A DNA stretch of 64,000 nt, from contig NC_045696.1 of the NCBI RefSeq assembly GCF_009834535.1, positions 47,060,001 through 47,124,000 of the forward strand. Direction: 5' to 3'. Every line of letters starts with the position of its first letter. The stretch's first letter is position 1. This DNA is from Camelus ferus (Eukaryota). The notes under the pieces are model-generated. The model saw only the letters and a program-made list of their open reading frames with translations. It was not told the origin of the DNA and ran no database searches. The translations under genes and the position numbers were made by a program. Below, one piece after another: positions 12,201 to 25,611 of this stretch.

Positions 12201-14831
12201 GCTTTGTCTGTAGAGTGGACCAATATAATCATGTGCCCAAATGAGTCAAACACATGTACTCTGCAGTTGAAAGGTCAAAAGACCAACTTAAAGCTTTCAT
12301 ATTGTCCCTTCTTTAGTCTTAACTTTACAAATTCAACACCAAACTTGCAACATTGAAATATACGTAATTATGTCATGGCATGTCAAACTTATTCTTTCTA
12401 CAAATATTCAAGTCCTAGTGGTGTACTGTGAAGTTACTTTATTGCTTTAAAATCTTATTTTTTAAAGGATCCTTGAAAACAAGTATTTTCTCTATTTTTT
12501 CTTTGAAAGAAATAAGGGGAAACAGGAACCCTAGAGGGTAAAATACTTAGCCAAACCCTTTCCTAGTTACATAACAGAAAACTTTTGTTACCTGCAAGAT
12601 AAAGTTTTGGCTAAGAATCGGTATTTTTCTTTTAATGTCAACACTAAAAAGAAACAGGAAGTTTAAGGTTAATGTGAGTCTGCTGTTAGAAATCTCTTCC
12701 TGTAAAAAACATAGGCATATTAAACTTTCTACAAGCTGTCAATGGCTCATAACTAGTGTTTGTTTTAGCTTCAGGATTAAAAAAGGTTTTGCTACCACTA
12801 GCAAGCAAATGAATGTCTCCGCGTTTACTCTGTTAAAAGATGATCAAACTTCTTTCAATGTTTTGTGGTAGTGGGAGGAGAGAGTCTTTCTTTCATTGAT
12901 TTATTTATGTAGACAAAAATGGAACCTACTGCTTACTTCATCAGGTAAAAGAATTATTTTTATTTTGTGTCACTTTGGAATGTTTGGAGACATTTGAAGA
13001 CCCAACTGATAGCAGTTTAAATTTAATTCACAGGAAGTCTAAAGGTAGAAAATACAGAAAAGGGGGGGTACAAGGATTCAAAATTATTATTACAAACCCA
13101 GATTCTTTCCATCTTTCTGCTCTATCATTCTTGTTTTGTTGACTTTTTAATCCTCATACGTGTTTTCTCTGTAGGATGGCTGCTGTAGCTCCGGGCACCA
13201 AATCAAGGCTCCGAAAGCAGAGGGAAAGGGCTTGCCATCACGCTCTGCACTTGCATCTGTCCCCGCCGTGAGGGCTCCGCACGAGTCCTCCCAGCAGACC
13301 TCTCTTCATGTCCCGTGGGGCAAAACAGTATCAAAATGTTTGTTGTTTGTTTTTTTCAGTTTGATTTTACTAGTTAATTTTGGATACAAAGCAGTGCAAG
13401 AGGCTGGCCACACTTTCCTACTTCCTTTAGTCTCAGAGTTAGAAGGAAAATGTGGACTTGCAGACATATAATTGGGGTTCAACACTCCATTGTGGGGTAA
13501 ATACGGTTCGCTGCTCAACTCTCAATTTGCAGGAAAGTTGGGAAGTTCTGACTGGCTTCCACCCCCGACCCAGGCCCAGCTCTTCACAATGGTCACCACC
13601 CCAGCTCCTCCTGTCCCAAACGTAGAAGACTTACTCCCACACTGAACCAGTCGTTGTCATCTCATTTACCTTTTCTGGACCCTTTCTTGGTTCTCCTTTT
13701 AAGTAGAGGTGGTTGTATCCTGCACAGGGCTGGCCAGAGGAGGAGTTTGGTCAGCAAGAAAGAAGGGAATGGTACCAGTGGCTGTCACAGTGGCCTTTTC
13801 ACTTTATCCATTTCACTTTGTCACCCTGGATTTTCAGGTTTTTTCGGTCACATCTACTTACTTGATACTTACAAGCTGGCTCCTTTTATTCATCTTCTGA
13901 AACACAGATCTGACTTCAGCATTAGCTTTGCATTTCCTTAGGGTGGCTCACAAGGATGGTCGTGACTGAGCCCTTGCACACCTTCCCAGCACTTTCTCTT
14001 CCGCGTGGCCTGCTTGGTTTTTACGTTCTCTCTTGCAGCTGCATCTGTGTTCTCTTGCATGCCTAGAATTTCTTCCCTCTCCCACTTACCTCTACTCTTC
14101 CTTACAGGCCAGTTTTTATGCCAGTTTCTCCTTGTCTTTCAAAACTGGTGCTTCAGGAAGCTTTCCTCAATGCTCAGTCCCCACTTAAGCGCCAGTATGT
14201 TTCCTCTCCTTCCATGGGAGTCCTTGTTGCTGCCTGTATCTCTGTATTCTGATTTATTTGTTCATCTAATCGATCTATCTTTTGGTACCAGACTGAGCTT
14301 TCTGAGATGAGGGATTGTCTGACCTACAGTCCTGTGATCCATAGGAGGTGTTCAAATTCTATGTTTTTAATGGCAGAAAAAATGGTAAGCTTGCTGGATG
14401 ACGGGGATACCATACAAAGATTTAGTCCTGTTTCCTAGAAGGTCAGGATAAATTTGAGGTATTTCACTCTCTCTTGTTTCTCAGAACTTTTACATCTTCT
14501 GACCTGAATTTAGAAATGGATTGTGAATAGAAGATAGGGCTGAAGCAATAGAGCTTTACAAACAAAAGTTATTTGGCAGGATTGACTCTGAGCTGCACAG
14601 AAAGCTTACTGGTACAGAGCCAACCTGATAACCACCGTACTTTGGAGATGACCCACTGAGCTGTACATGCAGAACTAGGCCAGCAGTCTTTCTTGTCTTC
14701 TGCACCAGCTGGACAGGTCAGCTACAGCTTTAAATTCTAAGGGCGAAAAGCCACTAATTCAGGTGTACCTAGGCACAAGGACTTGCCAGAAGGCAATTCG
14801 TTATAAATCATCACTTATTAAACCTGCTAAT

Positions 14832-15449
14832 TGTTATCCTCACATAGGCCCTAGCCTGGCTGAGGCCCCCTGCCTCAGTGGAGAGGGTTCTTTTTCCTTT
14901 CAGGTTCAAGCAGCCAAAAACCGAAACTGAAGCTAAGATTGAAGCAGCTTAAGCTTAATCAATGGCCAGAGAATGGAGAGGTGGGAACTTAGTTCACAAA
15001 TCAACTTCTCCCCCAGAGGGCAATTAAGGCAAGATTTTAAGGGCAAGGCTAATGAGGGGGAGGCCTGTGCATTGGTTTTCTGGGAATAGGCAGGGTTCCT
15101 CCCGGAACTGGAGTGTTACTTCTTTGTTTGCCCTTCTATGGTCCTCTGGCATCTGGATGGGAAGCAGGCTGAACTGGCATGGCACAGACAGGTGGAGATC
15201 TCACTACTACAGTGAGATGGTATGAGCTGCAAGAGGACCTTTGTCCCACTCTTGAAGCTGAGCCAGCTTGCACCACCTTTCCTGTAGTTAGATTCTTGTT
15301 CCTGTGCTGTGAAGACAGCTGGAGGGTGGTTGTGGTTTTCTGTAAGTCTGCGCGCAGGGAGGGGTGGGACTGCGGTTCGGGGCAACAACTGTGGTAGCAC
15401 AGCAGCTAGGAGTAAGTCTTGCCGAGATTGAGTTTGCCCTTTCTTCACA
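14832..15449 (-). mobile_element. ERV1-type solo LTR, MER41-like, with tandem GAS motifs
   Basis: TG..CA ends with near-TSD CTAAT/CTAAA; gagagggttctt and ttttctgggaa..tcccggaactg segments resemble MER41 as recalled. Confidence 0.6.
15078..15107. promoter_or_regulatory. Tandem GAS (STAT) motifs TTCTGGGAA-N12-CTCCCGGAA
   Basis: First site fits TTCN3GAA exactly; second has one mismatch. Confidence 0.5.
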
Positions 15450-16686
15450 CTAAATCTTTGATTCTGATATTTCATTACAAGTCGTGCAACCCTAACACCT
15501 TGCTACATAGATAGAGAGGAGCTCTTCACTTCTGCGCTTGAAAGGGTGACACGGGGATTGAGTGGAATGGTTAATCTCATTCTGAGGAATACCAAATATA
15601 TCACCTCCCATTCAGCACAGTAATTAAATGTAATAACCGTGACCATCACACGATGGGATTCTGATATCAGAATTAGGTGATAAGCCTAAACCAACATTAG
15701 GAAGGAAGCCTCCTGGCCCAGATTCTTTGGCCTCCAGGTACTGCTGCTCCTCCTCTGTGTCACAGAAACATTGTTTCACGTTAACTGTGGTGAGAATTCA
15801 CAGTATCATTTCAGAGCTTTCCTTATTTTAGTTGAATCCTTACATCTGACACACTCAACCCCAGTAGTTGGTCTGGTTTAAAAGAAAAAGAGAAATATTC
15901 CAATCATTAATTTTAAATGCTTTTAAACATAAAATACACAGATGTCCATCCATTTCCTAGTTTTCTGAGTGGAGGGCATTAAGGCCTTGTCCTGAGTATG
16001 AGGCCACTGTTTTATTTTCTATATTATCTTTCTTACACAGACTGAATCAATGACTCACCATCCAGTATTTCTAGTCTTTGTTTCTTGAAAGTGGCCGGAA
16101 AGCTCTGCAGATTGTTAGAAAGAGTCCAGCTCCTTCTAGTGCTTTACTAATTGCTTTGTCTTTCACTATTGTCTCTCCCACACCGCATCCAATAGCAGAA
16201 TTTTCTTCCCTCCTTTCTCGTGCTTTTATTTAGCCTTTCCAAATCATTCATCTTATTAAACTTAATTGTTGGAGAAACAGCAAGTTTGTCCTGTCCTCCC
16301 ACTTCATCAGTTAATGTGATATTTAGTTATTTGATGATGACAACACACATTCTGAACTCTTGGGAGTAAAGTAGACAGACACAGCTGGCTGGCTTTCCAG
16401 AGGCATTTGATGTGCCATGGGCATCTATCAGTGAGTGTTAAGGAGGGAGAGGTGACTCTTTCCAAGAAGTCCTTGGCTCCACATCTGCACATGTTCAAAA
16501 CTCACTTCACTTACGGAGTCTTGTTCACTTACTTATTACCTTTATATGGTAGACAAAACACCTGCTGTCTGCCTTAACACCCTGGCATTACCTTTTGTCT
16601 ATTGTCTTGGCTTTGCAGCCTTCTTGCTAAAGGGAAAAAAAAAAAAAAAGCCTCCACTCTGACTAACTATGTTCTTTCTTGTATAG

Positions 16687-16775
16687 AGCGTTACTAAGGA
16701 TTATATAGCCTACCCTTTGGCAAGAAGAAACATTTCATGATAGACTTCTGAACTGGAAAATGGTCCTGAAGACTA
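16687..16775 (+). other. Candidate upstream (5' UTR or alternative start) exon of HHLA2
   Basis: Branch-point-like GACTAAC at about 16661-16667, pyrimidine tract, TAG at 16684-16686, donor CTA|GTAAGT at 16776. Splice signals only; no transcript evidence. Confidence 0.4.
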
Positions 16776-16806
16776 GTAAGTGCCCTGGCCTCTTCTCTGT
16801 AATGTG

Positions 16807-17251
16807 TGTTGTGGGATTCGGTGAGCCGGTGTGCAGGTGATAAAGGAATTTACCAAAGACAAAGGATGAAAATGGAAAAGGAGTTTATTCAGTACGCTGT
16901 CATAGACAAGAGCAGGCCACACAGATGAGAAGTGCCTGTGTGAGCACCGAGGGTTGGCTGCTGAGGTCTTTTCTAAGGGAGGGTAACCTTGAACTCCTGT
17001 GCTTACATGACCTCGAGCACAAAGCGGGTTGTGAAAGGACAGGGCTAGGGATTTTGGTAAGGGGTTGTGATTTTTGTAGGGGTTGTGGCCAGCCCTGGTG
17101 GTCATGCTTGCCGGCATGGTATGGATAATCATTATCTCCCTGAGGCAGGCCTGTATTAGGAAAGGAATGCTCTTTGTTATCTTCAAAGGGCAGCAGCTGG
17201 GCGCCTGAGGGGCCATGGAGCAGGAATCTACCAGATGTCTGTGGACCCACA
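16807..17251 (-). mobile_element. Well-preserved solo ERV LTR (445 bp)
   Basis: TG..CA termini, perfect 5-bp TSD ATGTG (16802-16806, 17252-17256), AATAAA on the - strand (TTTATT at about 16885), several CpGs retained. Confidence 0.8.
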
Positions 17252-17274
17252 ATGTGATTTCCTTTACATGTGCT

Positions 17275-18398
17275 TTGTCTCAGTCCTGCTTCTCAGAGAC
17301 CAACCCTTTAGAGGTGGAGGTTTGTAGACAAGTAATGAGGGAATGTTTCCCAAAGAAACTCATAAGGAAGTGTGGGAAGCAGGATGGGGCAGAGATAGAA
17401 GCTTCAGATGATGAAGTCTCAGCCTCATTCCCACGGTGGGGCTCTGGACCACAGACTGTCTCTTGCCTTGAAGCCACCACTGGGGTGCAGAGTAGGAAAG
17501 GAGTGTAACTCCAAGAACCACAGCTTCTATCACCTAAGGGCAAGCCTCCGAAGAAGGCTGCAGTTATGTGAGCAGGTAGCAGTAACTGAGCAATGCACGT
17601 GTGAAAACTGAATGGATAAAAGTGATCACAGGGGATCTGAGCAAGCGATTAATGGTCTGCTAGCATAGGAAATATCAATGTGTGGCATTTTTTAAATAGC
17701 TTTTACTGGGCCCAATTTATGAGCCTCCCTAGATTGTCTTGGCCTCACCTGTTTCCTGGGCCTTCAACTGGTTGGATGAAGAAAGCCCCTTCCCCAATGC
17801 CACTGCCTCATTTCCAAATGTCAGCAGCTGACCCTGCCTCCTCTGGGGAGGCCAACAGCAGTATGCCCTCCATCACCCACCACAGCGGCTGCAGACTCCC
17901 AGAGGCTGTCGTTTCCCTTGTCCCTGTATTTCAGATTCAGTGTCACACTGTGAGGCATGGCATCTGGCTTCCTGAGTGGCTTCCCCATGTGGCCAGGTGC
18001 AGAACTAGGACAAGCATGGGATTTAAAGCCCCATGGGGAAAACTTTGACCAGTGGAGGAAATTGATAGACAGATTCCTTTTGCTCTGTTCCTCTAGTGGA
18101 TTGTTCCGAGGTGCTGTGGTTCTGTAGAGGATGCCCGGAGATCATCCCTTGTGACTGCGTCAGTGCTCTGTTTCCTGTTCTAAAGCTGTGGCCAGCAGGG
18201 CGGCCACCACCTACTGTCTGCTTTCTCTCCTTTGTTTCACTTCCCCTTTTCCTTCACTCTTGCTGCCCTGCCGCTGCACCGCTATACCTCCCCAAAAGTG
18301 TGTTAGCACATACTTTTAACCTGATTTCCAAACAGACATACCAAGAACTACTCTCCCGACCCCAATCCCCCCAGAAAAACTGAGCCTGAAGCCAAGAC
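17275..18398. mobile_element. Two adjacent old ERVL-type LTRs (LTR33-like, then LTR40/41-like)
   Basis: tgtctcagtcctgcttctcagagacc...ggaagtgtgggaagcagg; second element tgtggcatt...gccaagaca. Confidence 0.5.
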
Positions 18399-19539
18399 AG
18401 TACCTCTAGAGATTCAAAATTTCAGCCCAATATATGAGTTCTCAGCTGGAGGATTTTCACTGTAAAACATCAGGGGTGTTATTTTTTGAGTAAAGGGCGG
18501 GTAATCCTAAAAACTGGTTTTTTGTTCTTTTTTCTATTTAAACAAAGTCAATCCTATTAAAATCTAAGTGGATGCTAAGGAGAAATCCCTAGGATGCTAC
18601 AAAGAATTTTCCTTTTGTTATAACTTCTTTCACGAACTGGCTCAGTGCCCTGAGCACTATGGAGAGGCACTGAATTTAAAAACAATGCAGAAGAGAATGG
18701 AGCACCCTGGAAGCTGCTTTTCCTGAAGGAATTCATAACGTGAGCCGGCATGATGCAAGCGATGTGCAACAGTCCTGTTTACTGAACAAGAGACTTGACT
18801 TCCTGTGTGCATCTGGTCGTGTCTAGGCCAGAGTTCTGAGGCCAGGACTAGTCTTGAGTGTTCCTGACATGCAGCCTAGAGAATCTGACCTGAACACAAG
18901 TGAAGTTTGTCATTGCCACAGTCGGTGCTGATGGCTACGGTCAGTGTGGTCTGCAGCTGCTGAGTGCAGAGGGAGCTGCTCTGTCTCTTTATTTTATGCT
19001 TGTAGAATGGCCTCAATTTTTTCTTCTGTCTGATTAGTCTCAGCACCTGGACTTTTCGCTAAGTTTCACTACAGAGGCCGCTTCCCTTTGCCTTTCTCCC
19101 TCGCATCTGGAAGTCAGCCAGAATATGCCAGAACAAGACGCTTCTGGTATTTGAGCCCATTTGTAAGGGCGCTGATTGCACGTTGGGCAGCTACAGTCGA
19201 ATCCGAGGTGGAAGATTTCTGCTGCTTTGGGGGAAGAAAATAAATGTCTAAAAATAAAACTTAGGCATAAAAATAGGGCCAAATACTCATTAACTGCCTC
19301 ACTTAGCTGAATGCTGAAATTATTTCAAAAGCGCTAAATCAAGCATTTGTGTAGAAGAGGTTGAGTATGTTTTTTTAATTCATAGTACTTTATCTTAGAT
19401 GATAAATGGGTTACTGTAATTTGTCATTTTATCCCAAAGACATGAATTAACTAGTTCTCAAGGGCCTAATTTTCAGCTCATGCTGACCCTCGAATTGGAG
19501 CACTTTGTGTTCACGAGTGTTTTGGAATATATGTTGTGG

Positions 19540-21070
19540 GTTGTTATGGGAGAGGCTGGAGGGGCGGACAGGCCCAGGAGCCAGAGTATGCAAGGCTTGG
19601 TACCTTACGAATTTGATCTGAGTGTGGTGGGAAGTCACTGAAGGGATTTAATTAGGAGGATGTTGTAGAGTTACTTATATTTTAAAAATGACTCTCAGTG
19701 CTGTGTTGACAGTGGCAGCTGTAGGGGCAAGAGTAGAGCAGTGGTAACTACCCAGATCTCTTTTTTAGAAATCCAGGTAAGAGATGACAGTGGCTTTGCA
19801 GTAGAATGGTAATGGCAGAGTTGGAGAGAAGTGCACAAATAATGGAGTTTTATTTAATCCATTAACAAAAGACTGGTAAATGGATTGGATATGGGACATG
19901 AGGAAAAGGAAGAATCAAGGTTGAATTCTATGTTTCTGGACTAAACAGCATGGAAGATTTGGTATCAATTATTGAGATAAAAGACTGGAGGATAAATAGG
20001 GTAATTCTTGTTGTCTTGTTCAAGGTGGAGCAGAGAACAATGGTAAAGGGAATGAGGTACGGATCAAGGGCTCATGTTAATCCTGTGATGCCTATCAGGC
20101 ATCTAAGTGAACAATCAAATGGGTAATTGAATATATGACCTTGACTCAGCAGATAAATTTGAGAATCCTTGGTGTACAGATGGCAATCAGAGCCATGGAA
20201 GAGAGGGACTTACCTAGGAATAGAGCATAGAGAAGGTATAAGTCCTGAAAATCTTCCATATTTTCACGTAAGTAGGGCAAGCAAAGAAGGAGGCCCAGTA
20301 AAGGACTAAGGAGGAGCAGCAGTGAGGAAAGAAAAATTAAGAGAATGTGGTGGCCCAGAAACAAAGAGAAGAGCTCTCCATAAAAAAGGTAACAGACAAT
20401 TATGTTGAAGGCTGCTGTGAGACTGAGTAAGATGAGGACAAATTGTATCCATGTTTTTGGCAACCTAGCACTTCTTGGTGACACTGACAAAGGGCAGTTT
20501 ATGATATGTCATGCAGACAGGGGCCTGGAGTGGATTGAGGGGAAATTGTAAGGGGGAAATGGCAGGGCTATTTAGACAAGTATTTCGCAAAACTAATAGA
20601 GCTGAGAAATAGGTACATGTTAATCAAAAGTCAGAGGAGAATATTATTTTTTTTCATGTTCTTAAGGCGGGACAAATTGGAGCATTTTTGCTCATAGGAT
20701 TGATCTAGAAAAAATGAACCTGATGATACACTAGAGAGGGGATAGTGATTGCAAGGACAGATTTCTTGAATGCAAAAAAGATATGAGATGTAGAGCAAAA
20801 GTGAAGGGTTTGGGTTTGGATAAGAGGAGAAGGGGAGGCAGAAAGCGTGGACAGCTGTCAATGGGTAGGTTAAATTGGTGTTAGAGGGATGAGGGAAAAT
20901 TCATAGTTAATTTTAACTAATTAATGAATCAAGAACATATGAAAGGAGGTGGGAAAAAGAGATGTAGGAAGCTTCAAGAAAAGCTAGCAAATAATGCAGT
21001 CATCCTGGAGAATGAGACGTTGAACCTGTAGTACGACAGTGGAAATGGAATGCCCCAGAGTTGCATCAAA
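19540..21070 (-). mobile_element. LINE-2 fragment
   Basis: Purine-rich L2 antisense motifs (gggaagtcactgaagggattt; ccaggtaagagatgacagtggc; gaggaaaaggaagaatcaagg). Confidence 0.75.
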
Positions 21071-21347
21071 TATGGTGGAGTTAACTTTGGCTTGAGATAG
21101 ACTGATTAAATTTTAAATTGTTTTTTAATAGCCTATAAATGTAAAATGCACTGTTACATATCTACATATGTTCATAGTATAAAATGAATTTAATGATTAC
21201 TTTTAATCTTACTATTTGGAGATAAAGCATTGTGATATGTATCTTTTCAGGTGTTACACATGCAAATACATCTACAGGAAGAAATATAAAGGTCTTATTT
21301 TCACAACTACTACGATTTTACAAGTTTTTACTTTGCCAAACATTTTA

Positions 21348-24300
21348 TTTTATGTTGTTATTTTTTTAACACTGTTACTTCCTATTACCCAACATAGTGA
21401 TTTAGTATTTCTATATGTTTCAAAATGATCACCATGAGAAAATCTAGTTACAATCTGTCACCATACAAAGATATTACACAATTATTTACTATATTCTACC
21501 ATACTGTACATTTCACATCCATGACTCATTTATTTTGCAATTGAAAGATTGCATCTTTTAATCTCCTTCACCAATGTCTTTCCTCCCTACCCTAGACCCC
21601 TCCCTGTCGCAACTACCTGTTTGTTCTCTGTATCTGTAACACTTTCTGTTTTTTTATATTCATTTGTTTTATTTTTTAGATTTCACATATAGGGAAATCA
21701 AACAGTATTTGTATTTCTAAGTCAGACTTATTTCAATTAGCTTAATAGTCTCTAGTACATCCTTGCTGCCACAAATGGCAAGATTTCATTCTTTTTTTGT
21801 GGTTAATATTACACTATACCTATATGACAGATTTTTTTATCCATTTGTCTATAGATGGACACTTAGGCTACTTGTGTATCTTGGCTATTATAAGTAATGA
21901 TGCAAAGAACATAGGGGGTCCATATATCTTTTCTAACTGGTGTTTTCATTTTCTTCAGATAAATACCCAGGAGTGGAATTGCTGGATCACGTGGTAGTAA
22001 TATTTTTAATTTTTTGAGGACTCTTCATACTTCTTTCCATTTTGGCTGCACTAAATTACATTCTCACCAACAGTGCACAAAGGTTCCCTTTTCTCCACAT
22101 CTTGGCCGACACTTGTTATTTGTTATCCTTTTTAAAATTATTTTTTAATTGAGGTATAGTTGATATACAATATTATATAAGTTTCAGGTGTACAACATAT
22201 TTTTTGTTATATTCACTAGTTTGTTTCATTTTTAAGATTCCACATATAGGTGATATCATGTACTATTTGTCTATTTCTATCTGGCTTATTTCATTCAGCA
22301 TAATACCCTCCAAGTGTAATTATGTAGTTGCAAATGGCAAAATTACATTCTTTTTGATGGCTGAGTAGTATTCCATCGTGTGTATATGTGTGTGTGTGTG
22401 TGTGTGTATCTTCTTTATCCATTCATCTGTTGATGGACATTTAGGTTGCTCCCATGTCTTGACAATTGTAAATAATGCTGCTATGAATATTGGGGTGCAT
22501 ATATCTTTTCAAATCAATGTTTTCAGATTTTTTCAAATATATACCCAAAAGTGGAATTGCTGGGTCATATGGTAGTTCTATTTTTAGGTTGGTTTTTTTT
22601 TTTTTTTTTAAAACAAGAAACCTTCATACTGTTTTCCATGGTGGCTGCAGCAATTTACAGTTCCAATAAGGGTGTATGAGAGTTCCCTTTTCTCTGCATC
22701 CTCATCTACATTTGTTATTTGTGTTTTTTGATGATAGCCATTCCGATAGGTGTGAGGTGTATCTCACTGTGGTGAGATTTGATTTGCATTTCCCTGCTGA
22801 TTAGTGATGTTGAGCATCTTTTCATATGCCTGTAGGCCATCTGTATTTCTTCACTGGAAAAATGTCTATTCAGATCTTCTGCCCATTTTTTAATCAAGTT
22901 GTTTGTTTGTTTGTTTTTGATATTGAGTTGTATGAGCTGTTTATCTATTTTGGATATTAACCCCTTATTGGTCATATCATTTGCAAATATCTTCTCCCAT
23001 TCAGTAGGTTGTCTTTTTGTTTTGTTGATGATTTCCTTGGCTGTGCAAAAGCTTTCAAATTGAATTAGGTCCCATTTATTTTTGCAATTGTTTCCTTTGC
23101 TTTGGGGACAATTTTTTTTAAATGTTGCTGTGATTTATGTCAAAGAGTGTTCTGCCTATGTTTTCATCAAAGAGTTTTATGCTTTCTGGTCTTACATTCA
23201 GATTTTTAATCTGTTTTTAATTTATTTTGCATATTACTAATTTTGTTCTTTTACATGTAGCTATTCAATTTTCCCATCACCACTTAAAGAGACTTTTCTT
23301 CATTGAATTTTCTTGCCTCCTTTGTCATAGATTAATTGACCATAAATGCATGGGTTTATTTCTGGGCTCTCTATTCTGTTCCATTGATCTATGTGTATGT
23401 TTTTGTGCCAGTACCATAGTGTTTTGATTACTGTAGCTTGTAGTATAGTCTGAAGTGAGGGACTTGTTCCTCCAGCTCTGTTCTTCTTTCTCAAGAGTGT
23501 TTTGGGTATTTGTGTTTCCATACAAATTTGAAAATTATGTGTTCTAGTCCTGTGAAAATTACCCTTGGTATATTGATAGAGGTTGCATTGAATCTGTGGA
23601 TCGCCTTGAGTAGTATGGTCATTTTAACAATGTTATTTCTTCCAGTACATGAACATGGTGTATTTTTTCCATCTGTTTATGTCATCTTCAATTTCTTTAA
23701 TTAGTGTCTTCTAGCTTTCTAAGTACAGGTCTTTTACCTCATTAGGTAGGTTTATTCCTAGGCATTTTATTACTTTGGATGCCATTTTAAATGAGATTGT
23801 TTCCTTAACTTCTCTTTTTAATAGTTCCTTTTTAGTATATAGAAATGAAACAGATTTCTATATATTAATTTTGTATCCTGCAACTTTACTGAATTGATTG
23901 ATGAGCTCTCATAGTTTTTGGCTGCATCTTTAGGGTTTCTATGTATAGTATCAGATCAGCAGCAGTGAGTTTTACTTCTTCCTTCCCAGTTTGGACTCCT
24001 TTTTTCCTTGTCTGACTGCCGTGGCGAGGACTGCCAGTACTTGGTTAAATAAAAGCGGCAAAAGTGGGCATCCTTGTCTTCTTCCTGATCTTGGAGGAAG
24101 TGCTTTCAGCTTTGCACTGTTGAGTGTGTTGTTAGCTGTGTGCTTGTCATGTATGGCCTTTGTTATGTTGAGGTATATTTCCTCTTTGCCCACTTTCTGG
24201 AGAGTTTCTATCATAAATGGATGTTGAATTTTGTCAAAAGCTTTTTTTGCATCTGTTGAGATGATCATATAGCTTCTATTCTTCAAATTGTTCCTGACAC

Positions 24301-25611
24301 TGCTGGATATGGGTTCTGTGGTGTCCTAAAGCTAGTGCTGGCATGCTGCTGAGTGCAGCTGGACCCTGGGGCAATTGGCTGGGGCGGTCTATGGTGTCTT
24401 ACAGCTGATGTCTGCCTGCTGCTGGGCATGACTGGGGTACTAGGGGATTCAGAGCAGGTATCTTCCTGTCAGTGGGTAGGGCCTGGGCCCAGGGTATCTT
24501 GGGTTAGTGCTGGTCTGCTGGTGGGTAGAGCCAGGTCCTGGGGTCTCTGGCTAGGGGGCCCAAGGGGTTCCAGACCCGATGCTGTCCTGCTGGTTTGTGG
24601 ACTGAATTCTAACATGGCAGGCTATGGGGCTGCAGTGGTCCTGTCACTGGTGTCCACCTGCTGGTCAGTGGGGTCAGGGCCTAGGGGATGCCAGGGCTAA
24701 TGTTGATTTACTGGTGAGCCAAGTCAGGTCCCAGGGTCTCTGACTATAGGGCCCAGGTGTCCTGGTGCTGACATTGGCCCGCTGGTGGGTAAGGCCAGTT
24801 CCCAATGGCTGGTTTTGGGGACCCAGGGGTCCCAGGGCTAGTGTTAGTGTACTGCTGGGTGGGGATACGTTCTGCATTCTGTGTTGGACAGGACCGTGTC
24901 CTGGGGCAGCTAGGGCCTCAGGAGGTCTTAAGGCAGAAGGCCTGCTGGTAGGTGGAGTTGAGGTGTCCCAGTACTGGTGCTGACAGGCTGCTGGATGGGG
25001 GCAGGTCCCGGTGCTGATTCCAAAATGGCCTTTGCCTGCACCAGTGTCCTCACAGTAGAATAAGCTTCCAGAAATTGCTGCCACCAGCATCTGTGTCCCC
25101 AGGGTATGATCTCTAGTTGCCTCCTGCCTCTGCAGGAAGCTCCTCAAGATCAGCAGGTAGGTCTGGCCCAAGCTCCTCTCAAACTACTGCTTCTGCCCTG
25201 GGTCCCAGCGTGTGTGAGATTTTGTGCCCTTTTAGAATGGAGCCTACTTCCAACAGCCCTCTGGCTCTCTCCAGTGTAAGCCCTGCTGGCCTTCAGAGCC
25301 AAATGTTTTGGGGGCTCGTCTTCTCAGTGCAGAGCCCTTGGCTGGGGAGGCTGATGTGGGGCTCAGACCCCTCATTCCCTGGGGAGAACCTGTGCAGTTG
25401 TAATCATCCTATTTGTGGGTTGCCCATCTGGGGGTGTGGGTCATGACCGTCCTACCCACCTCTTTGTGCTTTCTTCTTTATATCTTCAGTTGTAGATCTT
25501 CTCTGCTAGTCTGCAAGTCTCTATCATCAATAGTTGCTCTGTAAATATCACTTTGATGTGCCCATGGGAGGAGGTGAGCTCAGGGTCCTCCTATGCCACC
25601 ATCTTGGTCAC
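21348..25611 (-). mobile_element. Composite L1: 5' UTR (24290-25610), ORF2 3' part with 3' end (22135-24290), and a second L1 3' end (21348-22130)
   Basis: ORF2-like peptides ([24 protein letters not shown]); L1 5' end ccaagatgg..gaccctgagctcacctcctccc on the - strand; 15-bp TSD ttgccaaacatttta / ttaccaaacatttta. Confidence 0.88.
22387..22406 (+). repeat. (TG)10 microsatellite within L1
   Basis: Read directly. Confidence 0.9.

Noticed and set aside
12790..12950. Possible first exon ending CATCAG|GTAAAA with ATG at 12919
   Set aside because: The ATG is phase 2 and out of frame with the 26828/26831 acceptors; no independent support, although a non-coding exon cannot be excluded
16773..17252. 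159-aa and 116-aa ORFs on the - strand
   Set aside because: Coincide with a solo LTR bounded by a TSD; no recognisable protein features
24353..25446. GC-rich region with several ORFs over 100 aa, superficially a promoter or gene
   Set aside because: It is an L1 5' UTR, sharing its 5' terminus with the element ending near 37744
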